Position numbers and translations under genes: made by a program
The notes under the pieces: model-generated
What the model was told of the DNA's origin: nothing
Database searches by the model: none
The model's input: only the letters and a program-made list of their open reading frames with translations
From: an uncultured Nitrospinaceae bacterium
Lineage (GTDB): Bacteria > Desulfobacterota > Desulfobacteria > Desulfobacterales > UBA11574
Length of the DNA stretch: 54,992 nt
Assembly: GCA_964195835.1 (NCBI GenBank)
Contig: CAXMTB010000002.1
Span: 1 to 54,992 of the forward strand
Reading direction: 5' to 3'
Shown: in pieces, positions 19,653 to 28,287 of the stretch
Position numbering within the stretch: position 1 is the stretch's first letter
Layout of the letters: each line of letters begins with the position of its first letter

Positions 19653-20624
19653 CTATTCAAGTCTATCAATTATTTTTACAGCCTTTTTCTTATTGCATGC
19701 TCCTGGATATCCAATAAATTTCGGGATATTTTCCACATTAACAATCACAGAGTTGCCCGATTTTTCTTCAAGCATTATTATGTCATCAACCTTCATACTC
19801 AACAGATCTGCACCATTTAATTTCGCCATCCCCATGGTGCAACTCAATTCTACCATCGTCTCCTGAATTCTTTTCTGAATATATTTTTTCCAGCTTTGAT
19901 CTATTGCCATTTTTTCTCTTCGGAACTTATTTTCAAGTTTATCTTTTATAGGCTTAATGCTGGAATAGGGAATGCAAATGGTGATAAAACCATTACCATT
20001 TTCAAGCTGCACTTCGTATTTATTCACAATTACTAAATCGTCCGGCGTCCCGATGCCGACAAACTGCGGATCCATTTCCGATCGAATAAATACAGCATTT
20101 ATTTCGTAAACATCTGACCAGGCCTTCTGAAAGTCGTTTAAAATAATCTTAACGATTTTCTCAACTATTTTGTTTTCAATTTTTGTAAATAATCTTCCTT
20201 CAAGTTTTACATGACTTACGCCTGTTCCACCAAACAAACTGTCAACAAATGAAAATACCAGAGGACCTTCCAGCACAACAAGTGAAAATCCTCTTAAAGG
20301 TTCAATGCTAAATATATTAAGGCTCGACGGCATCGGAAGAGAGAGAAAAAAATCACTAAACTTAACGGTCTCGGTAGAAGACAAATTGACATCTATAACT
20401 GATCTGCTGGCAACCTGAAGGTTTGTTCTTAAAAGACCGACAAGCCTTTCATTTATAATTCCAAGGGCAGGCATTCTGAGATGCACCGGACCGGCCGGCA
20501 TACTAAAGTCATATACTTCAACTGAAGGAATTCCTTCGCTAACATCGGTTTCGGTTTCAACCATCCCTTCGGTTATTCCACCAAGAAGGGAGTCGACTTC
20601 ATCCTGTGATAAAATATTCCCCAT
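19653..20624 (-). CDS. fliM: C-ring switch protein FliM
   Basis: 323 aa. The N-terminal CheY-P binding peptide LSQDEVDSLL is present, along with FliM middle and C-terminal domains. Confidence 0.95.
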   Translation of the reverse strand: MGNILSQDEVDSLLGGITEGMVETETDVSEGIPSVEVYDFSMPAGPVHLRMPALGIINERLVGLLRTNLQVASRSVIDVNLSSTETVKFSDFFLSLPMPSSLNIFSIEPLRGFSLVVLEGPLVFSFVDSLFGGTGVSHVKLEGRLFTKIENKIVEKIVKIILNDFQKAWSDVYEINAVFIRSEMDPQFVGIGTPDDLVIVNKYEVQLENGNGFITICIPYSSIKPIKDKLENKFRREKMAIDQSWKKYIQKRIQETMVELSCTMGMAKLNGADLLSMKVDDIIMLEEKSGNSVIVNVENIPKFIGYPGACNKKKAVKIIDRLE

Positions 20625-20631
20625 GTTTCAC

Positions 20632-21120
20632 CTATTGAACAACAAATTCTGTAAAATAAATCCTGCGAACAACGCCATCTCCCAGAATTTGATTCATCCT
20701 TGATAACAGCGTCTGTTTCAATTCAAGCTTGGCTTCCATTGTATTAATCTCTATTAAAGTTTGGCTTGAAAGCAAAAGCAAGATGGTATCTCTTATTTGC
20801 GCGTTATGATTTCCGATAACCAGCACATCTTCTTCTTTTCCAACCTCGAGCTGCATCGTAATTTTCAAGTATCTTTTGCCAACCCCTCGTTTATCCTGAA
20901 GATTAACAACAAAAGAGTTTAAAGGGCAGACGATACTTACTTCTTCGTTTCTTTTTGTCTCAGTCTTTTTTTCTTTTCCTTTATTATACTTGCTATATCC
21001 ATAAATCCCGCCGGCTCCGATAAGCAATACAAGCACCGCTATAATTATAAGCTTGAGCTTTGACTTCTTGGGCGCCTGTTCTTCCCCAGCGTTTTTTACT
21101 TCTTCTTTTTCCTCTGCCAT
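20632..21120 (-). CDS. fliL: flagellar basal-body-associated protein FliL
   Basis: 162 aa with one TM helix. Contains FVVNLQD..RYLKITMQLEV...IRDTILLLLSS...IYFTEFVVQ, the classic FliL pattern. Confidence 0.9.
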   Translation of the reverse strand: MAEEKEEVKNAGEEQAPKKSKLKLIIIAVLVLLIGAGGIYGYSKYNKGKEKKTETKRNEEVSIVCPLNSFVVNLQDKRGVGKRYLKITMQLEVGKEEDVLVIGNHNAQIRDTILLLLSSQTLIEINTMEAKLELKQTLLSRMNQILGDGVVRRIYFTEFVVQ

Positions 21121-21840
21121 TTATATCTCCTTTAAGTGTTTAAAGACTATCTCTACCCTTCTGTTTAAGGACCTGTTCCTTTGATTGGTATTCGGATACA
21201 GGGGCCTGGAAGATCCGGAACCTCCAACAGCAAATCTGGAAGGTGAAAGTTCTTTTTTCATTAATAAATAATCAAGAACAGAAATTCCTCTGTATGCTGA
21301 GAGTTCCCAGTTAGATCTATATATCTCATCTTTAATTGGAGTATTATCTGAATGTCCCATTACTAAAATATCATTTGGGCATCCCTCAATGGCATCACCA
21401 ATGACATCAAGAACAGGATATGCTTCTTTTCGCAGTGTGGTCTTTCCGGGATCAAAAAGTATGTCGCCGTGAAAAGTAAGGGCAACACCCCTCTCATCAT
21501 CAGACAGGGTGATATCGTTGTTTATATCTTTTAACATATTCTTAACATTTGATACGAGTTTTATTTTAGTTAAGAAATGCTTCTGATCAACAACCAATAA
21601 GCTATCGGTATCATTATATTTATTAATAAATCCACCCAATTTATATACTTCCCCGGCTCCTGAGAATTCAAGAACTCCTGTGGACTCCTTGAAATGCGTC
21701 ATAAGATTCTTCAATTTTTTTGTATCCATTGAAGACATGGTAAGCAGAAGCACAAAAAAAGTTAAAAGAAGCATAACAAGATCTGCAAATGTTATCATCC
21801 AGGAGTTTGGATCTATTTTTTCCTCTTCACTCACTTCCAT
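21121..21840 (-). CDS. motB: stator protein MotB (canonical copy)
   Basis: 239 aa. The TM segment carries the channel Asp (SWMITFADLVMLLLTFFVLLL). The OmpA-like C-terminus has an intact peptidoglycan-binding motif (GHSDNTP...NWELSAYRG...NRRVEIVF). Confidence 0.85.
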   Translation of the reverse strand: MEVSEEEKIDPNSWMITFADLVMLLLTFFVLLLTMSSMDTKKLKNLMTHFKESTGVLEFSGAGEVYKLGGFINKYNDTDSLLVVDQKHFLTKIKLVSNVKNMLKDINNDITLSDDERGVALTFHGDILFDPGKTTLRKEAYPVLDVIGDAIEGCPNDILVMGHSDNTPIKDEIYRSNWELSAYRGISVLDYLLMKKELSPSRFAVGGSGSSRPLYPNTNQRNRSLNRRVEIVFKHLKEI

Positions 21841-21856
21841 TCTCCATATCTGCTAT

Positions 21857-22633
21857 TTAGAATATATTAAAATCAAATTTCTTGTATGTGAAAAAACCAG
21901 CTGGATTCTTTTTAAATATTCTTTTAATGTATTCGGGTGCTTTGTATTTTAAATCAATTTCAACCCTTCTGTTTTGTGCCCGTGATCGTATACTCTCGTT
22001 TGAAGTAATCGGATTATTGCTTCCGATCCCATAGGCTGTAAGTCTGTTAGGAAGAACCCCGCACTGTGAAACAAAATACTTTAGCACCTTTAACGCCATG
22101 ATTGCGGACATCTCCCAGTTTGATTTATACCCTTTGTCAGGATGCACAGTGTTATCCGTGTATCCAGAGATCTCCACCGGAAAAGACCCTTTGGTTATAA
22201 CCTGACCCAGCTTATCCAGAAGTGGCTGTATGGAAGGCTTTATTTTAAATCCGTTTCCCATAAATAATCCTGCTTCATTTATGATAATCCTCTTTTGACC
22301 GCCAATGGTTTCCAGTTTAATATCACCTGCAAATTCCTTAAGATCTCTTTTAACATATGACATGAGTTGCTCAAGGGTTAGTTCTTCTTCGATCATCGGC
22401 GCTGTTGGAGGCAAAGCCGACTTTCCTGTTTCCATTGGCGATAACCCGCCGGGCAACCCCCCAAAGGCCCCGATAAGTGATCCTATGGCCAAGCGCGTTC
22501 TGTTGTCATCTAAGACTGCAATGGAATTGAGCAAAATAAAAAATGTCAAAAGTATGAGAAAAAGAGAAACCGTCATTACCATTCCAATATCCACTCCAGA
22601 ATCATCATCATTTTTTTTTTTTCTTTTACCCAT
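21857..22633 (-). CDS. divergent MotB-like OmpA-family protein
   Basis: 258 aa. The ATG immediately follows the motA stop. One TM helix (IGMVMTVSLFLILLTFFILL) and an OmpA-like C-terminus (GYTDNT...NWEMSAIMA...NRRVEIDL). See findings for the substitutions at key residues. Confidence 0.75.
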   Translation of the reverse strand: MGKRKKKNDDDSGVDIGMVMTVSLFLILLTFFILLNSIAVLDDNRTRLAIGSLIGAFGGLPGGLSPMETGKSALPPTAPMIEEELTLEQLMSYVKRDLKEFAGDIKLETIGGQKRIIINEAGLFMGNGFKIKPSIQPLLDKLGQVITKGSFPVEISGYTDNTVHPDKGYKSNWEMSAIMALKVLKYFVSQCGVLPNRLTAYGIGSNNPITSNESIRSRAQNRRVEIDLKYKAPEYIKRIFKKNPAGFFTYKKFDFNIF

Positions 22634-23395
22634 TTACTTTGATTCCTTTTTATTGTTGGGCGGGATAAAAGCCAAAAGTTTCTGTTCAAGGATTCTAGGA
22701 TTGTCTCCATTGGAAAGCGATATGATGCCCTGAATGGTCATCTCTTTTGTCAGCATTTCTTCTTTGCTTCGGGTTCTAAGTTTTCCTGCAGTGGGCATAA
22801 AACATATATTCGCCATAACTGAACCATAAAATGTCGTTAGCAGCGCTACCGCCATAGCCGGTCCAATGCTACTTGGATCATCCATACTCTGGAGCATCTG
22901 TACCAACCCGATTAATGTACCGATCATCCCCATTGCAGGAGAGAAGGTACCCATGCTGGTAAAAACTTCAGCGCCCAGTTGGTGTCTGCTTCTGACATAA
23001 TCAACTTCCGTATTCAGAATTTCTTTGATCTCCTGGGGCTCCAATCCGTCAATTGAGAGTTGCACCCCTTTCTTTAAAAAATCATCTGTAACGTCCTTTA
23101 TTTCGCTTTCTAAAGCAAGGATGCCCTCTTTGCGAGTTTTGGTTGCAAACCCTATAAATCTTTCAATGAGTTCGTCGATAGATATATTTTTACTAAAAAG
23201 TGCTTTTTGTACCACTTTTAAGACACCAAGAACTTCTTTTAAGGGATAAGCGATCAACGTTACGCCGATTGTACCGCCCACCACAATCATTAATGAGGGC
23301 ACATTGATAAAAATGTTGAGCCCGCCACCCATAAAGATAGCCGTAAGTACAAGTCCAAAAGCAGAGACAATGCCTAAAACGGTTGCAATGTCCAT
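22634..23395 (-). CDS. motA: stator protein MotA/PomA
   Basis: 253 aa with four TM segments and the MotA/ExbB signature (GMIGTLIGLVQML...IGPAMAVALLTTFYGSVMAN). AGGAG RBS. Confidence 0.93.
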   Translation of the reverse strand: MDIATVLGIVSAFGLVLTAIFMGGGLNIFINVPSLMIVVGGTIGVTLIAYPLKEVLGVLKVVQKALFSKNISIDELIERFIGFATKTRKEGILALESEIKDVTDDFLKKGVQLSIDGLEPQEIKEILNTEVDYVRSRHQLGAEVFTSMGTFSPAMGMIGTLIGLVQMLQSMDDPSSIGPAMAVALLTTFYGSVMANICFMPTAGKLRTRSKEEMLTKEMTIQGIISLSNGDNPRILEQKLLAFIPPNNKKESK

Positions 23396-23456
23396 AAAAT
23401 CTCCTAATTTTTTTTCGAATAATTGTTTTGAAAATTAACTCTTTTTCAGTATATAC

Positions 23457-23472
23457 AGCAACCTTTATGCCA
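23457..23472 (-). promoter_or_regulatory. sigma54 promoter for the motA...fliA operon
   Basis: The minus strand reads TGGCAT-AAAGG-TTGCT, about 62 nt upstream of the motA ATG. Confidence 0.75.
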
Positions 23473-23814
23473 TATCGATTTTTAAAGGAATTATTTTTTA
23501 TGAAGGAAAGATTATGATGACATTACAAGTAGATATGAATATTTGAATTTCGTTCAGGCAGGCGCTTTGGGTTAAGTTGCGTCAAGTATTGAGGCAGACG
23601 TCAAAATCTTGACATTTGCCTCTATAAAAGGAACAAGGTTGACCCGCAGGGCAAACGTATTTGATTCTGGTGCAGCGTAGCGACGGCGTGTATCTCTCTC
23701 CAACCGAATGACTGTTTGAAGGATTTTTGAGGTTTTACTTTTACTAAGGAGTACAAATCATACTCGACACTTTTTATTGATATGCCGACTTTGATATTAA
23801 ATATAGAAAAAGTT

Positions 23815-23934
23815 ACAAGTGCCTAAAGTGCGTTAAAGTTAAGGAATTTTTTAGCCAATTATATTTTAATGACAGCGCGTTAGCGCTTCCTCAACTTTAG
23901 GCACTTTAGATCACTTTAAACTTTAGGCACTTGT
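23815..23934. repeat. palindromic intergenic repeat, copy A (MITE/REP/Correia-like)
   Basis: Terminal inverted repeats: ACAAGTGCCTAAAGT at 23815 and its exact reverse complement ending at 23934. The arms are built from CTAAAGTG / CACTTTAG subunits. The element ends 10 nt from the flgE stop. It is homologous to the copies at 28073-28196 and about 30950-31140. Confidence 0.8.
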
Positions 23935-23944
23935 GAAAAATATA

Positions 23945-25390
23945 TTACCTTTTGATATTAATGAGTTCCGAAAGCATCTGATCCGTTACTGTAATAATTT
24001 TTGAGTTTGCCTGAAATCCCCTTTGGGTGGTGATCATTTTTACCAGCTCATTTGCAATATCCACGTTCGATTGTTCTAACGCATTGGGTGCGATGCTCCC
24101 CAGCCCGTTGGTTCCGGGTTTGTTGGTAATTGCACTGCCGCTTTGTCTGGTTTCACTGTAGAGATTTCCGCCCTCTTTAAACAGCCCCTGGGTGTTTTGA
24201 AATTTTGCCAGACCGACCCGGTACAAAGGAATCCGCTGGCCATTGGAATAGCTCCCGGTGATGACGCCGTCCACATCCACGTTAACCCCTTCCAGATCTC
24301 CGGCCCCGTAGCCGTTTGCAGACTGAAAAGTAGTGGTTGAACCACTGGCATACTGTGTACTGGAAAGGGAGCTGTTGACCCAGTCAGTGCCGTCAAAGCG
24401 TGTCCCTAAATCAAGTTCGATGTCCTGCGTGGTGCCCCCTGAAAGAAAGCCAGGAGAAAAGGTAAAGTAACCATTTGATAGATCGTCGGTTTCGAGCTGC
24501 TCGGTCCAGTTGCCGGCGGCGGACAGATCAATTCCGTCACCCAAGGAGCCGGTTCCTGTAAATTGGAATAAATCAATATTCTCGATCACTCCTGAACCGC
24601 TGTTGAATTCCAACAGTCCGCGAGCGAGCATTCCCTCTGCCTCGCCGGTGGCGCCAAAAATGGCGCGATTGTCTTCAGCCGGATTGCAGGTAACAATAAA
24701 TTCATACGACGAAGGGGCTTCGGCCTTATCAAAATAAAGTGTAACATCGTGTGTACTTCCCAGAGAATCGTATGCGCGGATGGTTGTCTGATATTCATAA
24801 GCAGCATCCGCCAACGGTACCGTAGCCGTTCCATCCCAAGCGCTCGCCAGAGAATCTGAGCCGGAACCATTCTCCCCAGCGGAATCCAGATTGACGATAA
24901 CTTCCACGTTATCACTCGGTTGAGGCGGTGAAGTAAAAGAACTCATAACAATATCGGTGATTGAACCGATATCACTTCCGTTGTTATCGAGCTGCCATCC
25001 CTGGACGACATAGCCTTCGGGGTTTGTCAGATAACCGCTTTCATTAAAATTGAAATTTCCGGCCCTTGAGTAATATAAATTTTCCGTGCCCTGTTCATTT
25101 AAAACAAAAAAACCATCCCCACCAACGGCCAGATCCGTGGTATTGCCCGTGGATTCAAAGGAGCCCTGGGCAAAAGATGCCTGGATATCTCCAAGGGCGG
25201 TTCCCCTGCCGACCTGGGATGTTCCTGAAAGGGTGGCAACGGACTGGCTCAACAAATCCTGAAAAGCAAAACTGCTGCTTTTGAAACCCACTGTATTGAC
25301 GTTTGCAATGTTGTCTCCGATAATCTGCATTGCATTGCCAAGGGTGGTCAGACCGCTAATCCCTGAAAAAAGTGAACTTGATAAAGACAT
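23945..25390 (-). CDS. flgE: flagellar hook protein FlgE
   Basis: 481 aa. N-terminus MSLSSSLFSGISGLTTLGNAMQIIGDNIANVNTVGFK and C-terminus SNVDIANELVKMITTQRGFQANSKIITVTDQML. AAGGAGGG RBS. Confidence 0.95.
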   Translation of the reverse strand: MSLSSSLFSGISGLTTLGNAMQIIGDNIANVNTVGFKSSSFAFQDLLSQSVATLSGTSQVGRGTALGDIQASFAQGSFESTGNTTDLAVGGDGFFVLNEQGTENLYYSRAGNFNFNESGYLTNPEGYVVQGWQLDNNGSDIGSITDIVMSSFTSPPQPSDNVEVIVNLDSAGENGSGSDSLASAWDGTATVPLADAAYEYQTTIRAYDSLGSTHDVTLYFDKAEAPSSYEFIVTCNPAEDNRAIFGATGEAEGMLARGLLEFNSGSGVIENIDLFQFTGTGSLGDGIDLSAAGNWTEQLETDDLSNGYFTFSPGFLSGGTTQDIELDLGTRFDGTDWVNSSLSSTQYASGSTTTFQSANGYGAGDLEGVNVDVDGVITGSYSNGQRIPLYRVGLAKFQNTQGLFKEGGNLYSETRQSGSAITNKPGTNGLGSIAPNALEQSNVDIANELVKMITTQRGFQANSKIITVTDQMLSELINIKR

Positions 25391-25403
25391 TTTATTTCCC
25401 TCC

Positions 25404-26096
25404 TTAGTTATTTGCTGTTGTTTGACTGACTTCGATAATATTATTACTGTTACCGATTATTTTGTCTCCGATCATTAAATGAGACTGACCATTTTGATAT
25501 GTAATTCCTGTAACTTCCCCGGATATATAGGTATTGGAAGGAATATAATAACCATTTTCATCTCTGGCGGTAATTTCAAACGTATAGGTGCCGTCTCCGA
25601 CGAACTTTCCTGTGTCATCCCTTCCGTCCCAGTTCACGTCATGTTCTCCTTTGTCCTCCAAGCCCTTATAGAATGTCCTGACAATTAGACCCTGACTGTC
25701 ATAAACATCGATGTTTACATACCCTTTTCCATCAATAGTGTAAGAACCGGATTGAACCGTTCCATTATCAACACGCATTGTGTTGTCGTCCGCCTTCACC
25801 GTTTTACCGATATATCCCAAATCATCACGTTGTTCGCTCTGACCATTAAGTGCTTCTTCAATATCTGCCAGCCTTGCATTCATTCCATACAGCTGTTCAA
25901 CGCTGGTAAATTGTGCCAATTGGGCCGTAAATTCAGCACTGTCGAGAGGACTCAGGGGGTCTTGATGCTGAATCTGGGCGATAAACAGCTTGAGAAACTG
26001 ATCCATGCCCAGTTCCTCTGTACCAGAACTGGATGATGTCTTTTCATTTCTGACAGATGATGCGCCATAACCTGTATTAAGTGCTTCTATTGACAT
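25404..26096 (-). CDS. flgD: hook capping/assembly protein FlgD
   Basis: 230 aa with the FlgD N-terminal motif (FLKLFIAQIQHQDPLSPLD) and an Ig/Tudor-like C-terminal part. Confidence 0.9.
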   Translation of the reverse strand: MSIEALNTGYGASSVRNEKTSSSSGTEELGMDQFLKLFIAQIQHQDPLSPLDSAEFTAQLAQFTSVEQLYGMNARLADIEEALNGQSEQRDDLGYIGKTVKADDNTMRVDNGTVQSGSYTIDGKGYVNIDVYDSQGLIVRTFYKGLEDKGEHDVNWDGRDDTGKFVGDGTYTFEITARDENGYYIPSNTYISGEVTGITYQNGQSHLMIGDKIIGNSNNIIEVSQTTANN

Positions 26097-26121
26097 TAAT
26101 CTTTCCCCCCCTTCTTTTTTA

Positions 26122-27822
26122 CTATGCCACTAAATCTACCAAATTACTTCCCGACATAATATTTATAGGTCTTTCATGTGGTCCTTCTGTATGATTATCT
26201 GAATGGAACTCCTCTCCATTAAAATCCTTTCTCCACCCCTGTCCGTTATCCGTCCTCTCTTTTGAAGCATTTAGTGATTGACCAAAATTAAAGTCGATCT
26301 GAACATCTACTTTCTCAAGTTTTACGCCATGTTGAACTAGGGCCTCTTTGAGTTCATGGATTTTATTCAGCAATAATTCTTTGACTGAATGATGCTCGGC
26401 AGTCATACTGAGCCTTAATGTATGATCTTTAATATCCATTTTTATTCTGACCGTTCCCAGACCAGAAGGTTTCAGTTGTAGTGTCACCACCTGATCCCCC
26501 CTGAGAATAGACCTGGATATCTGTTTTCCTACCTGATCAACGAGAGAAGCCGGGAGATAGCCTCTAAAAGGCCTTTCCCCTTGTTCAACTGTTTTAAGCG
26601 TATTTGTAAAGTTTAAAGCCTCGGTGTTCCTTGAGACATTGATTTGTCCTGATTCCGTATCCACACGATAGCCGTTTTCTTTCACCGAATTTATTAATTC
26701 TGTCTGCTTATTCAAATTCGAAAGCAAATCAGCTTTTCCGGAATGATTCGAAGTTCCTGCATTGTGTCCAACATGATTTTGGACTTTGACATTTTTTTGC
26801 TTGAGAAACGACGATATGGATTTATTTTTTCCTGATTTGTTTTTTTCTAAGGAAGATATCACTTTTTTATTAAACGCATGATGGCCCTTTTTGTTTATCT
26901 CCTCTTTTAACAATGATTCCGTAAAATGATAATTGGAAGAAAACTTTACAGAAGATGCGGATGAAGGTTTTTGTCCTGAGAGTTCAACCCGTTCAAGAAT
27001 TTTATCCAGTGTATTTTTTATATCAGGCGACACCTTTTTTTCTTTGCCGACTTTTTCTGTAATCCGCTCCAGTGACGCTATAAAATCTTCCAAGGAGATC
27101 TGATCTGCTTTACCTTTTTCAGGTATATTCATACCCATCTTTTCCATTTTGTCCGAAATCTGCCGAGACAATTTCTGATCGACGACAGTCTTATTCTCTA
27201 AAGGTCTTCGGCCATTGATCTCTTTTAACTTTTCCACTAACTTATGAAGATTCAGCCCTCCACCTTCAATCCTTGCTTTACTGAAGACTCTATCCAGCTC
27301 TTTAGGAGTTAAATTAAAATCTCTCAATGCCGACTCAATATAAGGAACAGCGGCTGGTGCAACTGTCTCATCCTGATGTTCTTTTCTTTTCGCCGTCCCC
27401 AACTCATTTATCTTAAGAAATATTTGTGAAAGATTAAATTCTCCATTGGAATTATTTGCTTTTAGATCCTTTAAAAACCGTTCCACTTTTTCATGTGAAA
27501 AACCGGACTGTAAAAGAAATGTTTTAAATAGCGGAAGGTCCTTTTCTTTTAAAAAGGTCTTATTCAGAGGTTTTCCCAGAGCTAAAAGTTCTTTCTTGAA
27601 AGATTCAAGATAATATTTATATCCCTTTTTATTAGACGTCGTGTTTATTTTAGCGGGTTTATCAGACATATGAAAAGCGCTGTCTTTAGAAGCGTTAAGG
27701 GCTTTTAGCATATCGGACAAAAAATGCCTGTTCCCTTTCTCCGATTTAAAAGGTTGGACATTTCCGGATGCTTTTCCGTTAAGAAGTGAAGACATTAATT
27801 TGAGAATGATTGGGTTCGTCAT
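26122..27822 (-). CDS. fliK: hook-length control protein FliK
   Basis: About 566 aa. Low-complexity centre and a C-terminal Flg_hook domain (LQLKPSGLGTVRIKMDIKDHTLRLSMTAEHHSVKELLLNKIHELKEALVQHGVKLEKVDV). The track start at 27837 is TTG. The ATG at 27822 (MTNPII) has GAGG 9 nt upstream. Confidence 0.85.
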   Translation of the reverse strand: MTNPIILKLMSSLLNGKASGNVQPFKSEKGNRHFLSDMLKALNASKDSAFHMSDKPAKINTTSNKKGYKYYLESFKKELLALGKPLNKTFLKEKDLPLFKTFLLQSGFSHEKVERFLKDLKANNSNGEFNLSQIFLKINELGTAKRKEHQDETVAPAAVPYIESALRDFNLTPKELDRVFSKARIEGGGLNLHKLVEKLKEINGRRPLENKTVVDQKLSRQISDKMEKMGMNIPEKGKADQISLEDFIASLERITEKVGKEKKVSPDIKNTLDKILERVELSGQKPSSASSVKFSSNYHFTESLLKEEINKKGHHAFNKKVISSLEKNKSGKNKSISSFLKQKNVKVQNHVGHNAGTSNHSGKADLLSNLNKQTELINSVKENGYRVDTESGQINVSRNTEALNFTNTLKTVEQGERPFRGYLPASLVDQVGKQISRSILRGDQVVTLQLKPSGLGTVRIKMDIKDHTLRLSMTAEHHSVKELLLNKIHELKEALVQHGVKLEKVDVQIDFNFGQSLNASKERTDNGQGWRKDFNGEEFHSDNHTEGPHERPINIMSGSNLVDLVA

Positions 27823-27864
27823 GAATTTTAACCTCAATACTTTATCGATTTTTCCATATTCAAA

Positions 27865-27880
27865 AGCAAAGGGTGTACCA
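27865..27880 (-). promoter_or_regulatory. sigma54 promoter for fliK-flgD-flgE
   Basis: The minus strand reads TGGTAC-ACCCT-TTGCT, about 43 nt upstream of the ATG at 27822. Confidence 0.7.
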
Positions 27881-28026
27881 AATTTCTCAGATAATTTTTA
27901 TATTGTGTAAATACAAACGGTTAATAAGTTTAGAGGGATACAAAACAAAGAATTTGAAACGCGGAAAGGACATATTTTACCTGCTACAAAGAATGTAAAA
28001 GGAAAATATTGCCTATTTAGTTTCTT

Positions 28027-28200
28027 AATTGCAAATTTTGTGCTTTTTGTGGCAAAAAATATCTAAGCTTACCAAGTGTGAAGTGACTAAAGTGAACTAA
28101 AGTGACTAAAGTTGTGGAATTTCGTCAATTTAATATAAACAGCCGGAGCGTAGCGACTCCTTAACTTTAGATCACTTCAAACTTTAGATCACTTGTAACT
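28027..28200. repeat. palindromic intergenic repeat, copy B
   Basis: Left arm 28073-28112: CAAGTGTGAAGTGACTAAAGTGAACTAAAGTGACTAAAGTT. Right arm 28163-28195: AACTTTAGATCACTTCAAACTTTAGATCACTTG. The loop contains GTCAATTTAATATAAACAGCCGGAGCGTAGCGACTCC. An additional left flank (AATTTTGTGCTTTTTGTGGCAAAAAATATCT) is shared with copy C. Confidence 0.8.
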
Positions 28201-28287
28201 TTTCCGGCTTGTCTGACTTAGGACTCTCGAAGAAATATCTTGATTTTTGAATACTTTTAATATAGGGGTTTTAAAAATGAAGATAAA

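Noticed and set aside
23560-23625. Possible c-di-GMP-I (GEMM-I) riboswitch on the minus strand (GAGGCAAAUGUCAAGAUUUUGACGUCUGCCUC ... GACGCAACUUAACCCAAAGCGCC)
   Set aside because: It contains GGCAAA and GACGCAA-like strings. However, the segment after the first hairpin (GUCUGCCUC) does not match the conserved GACGCAAAGCC junction, and no second CCGG-containing helix with a tetraloop receptor is evident. This needs cmscan before any claim.
24076-24915. Same-strand alternative-frame ORFs inside flgE (24076-24396, 24586-24915), and the plus-strand ORFs 24143-24340 and 24510-24737
   Set aside because: They are embedded in the high-confidence FlgE frame. The local high GC reduces stop-codon frequency, and the translations are Pro/Arg/Trp-rich nonsense.
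28030-28045. Sigma54-like AAGCAC-AAAAT-TTGCA on the minus strand inside repeat copy B (its homologue in copy C reads ATGCAC-AAAAT-TAACA)
   Set aside because: The near-invariant -24 GG dinucleotide is AG (copy B) or TG (copy C), and copy C also lacks the -12 GC. A proper sigma54 promoter for fliK exists 150 bp downstream.
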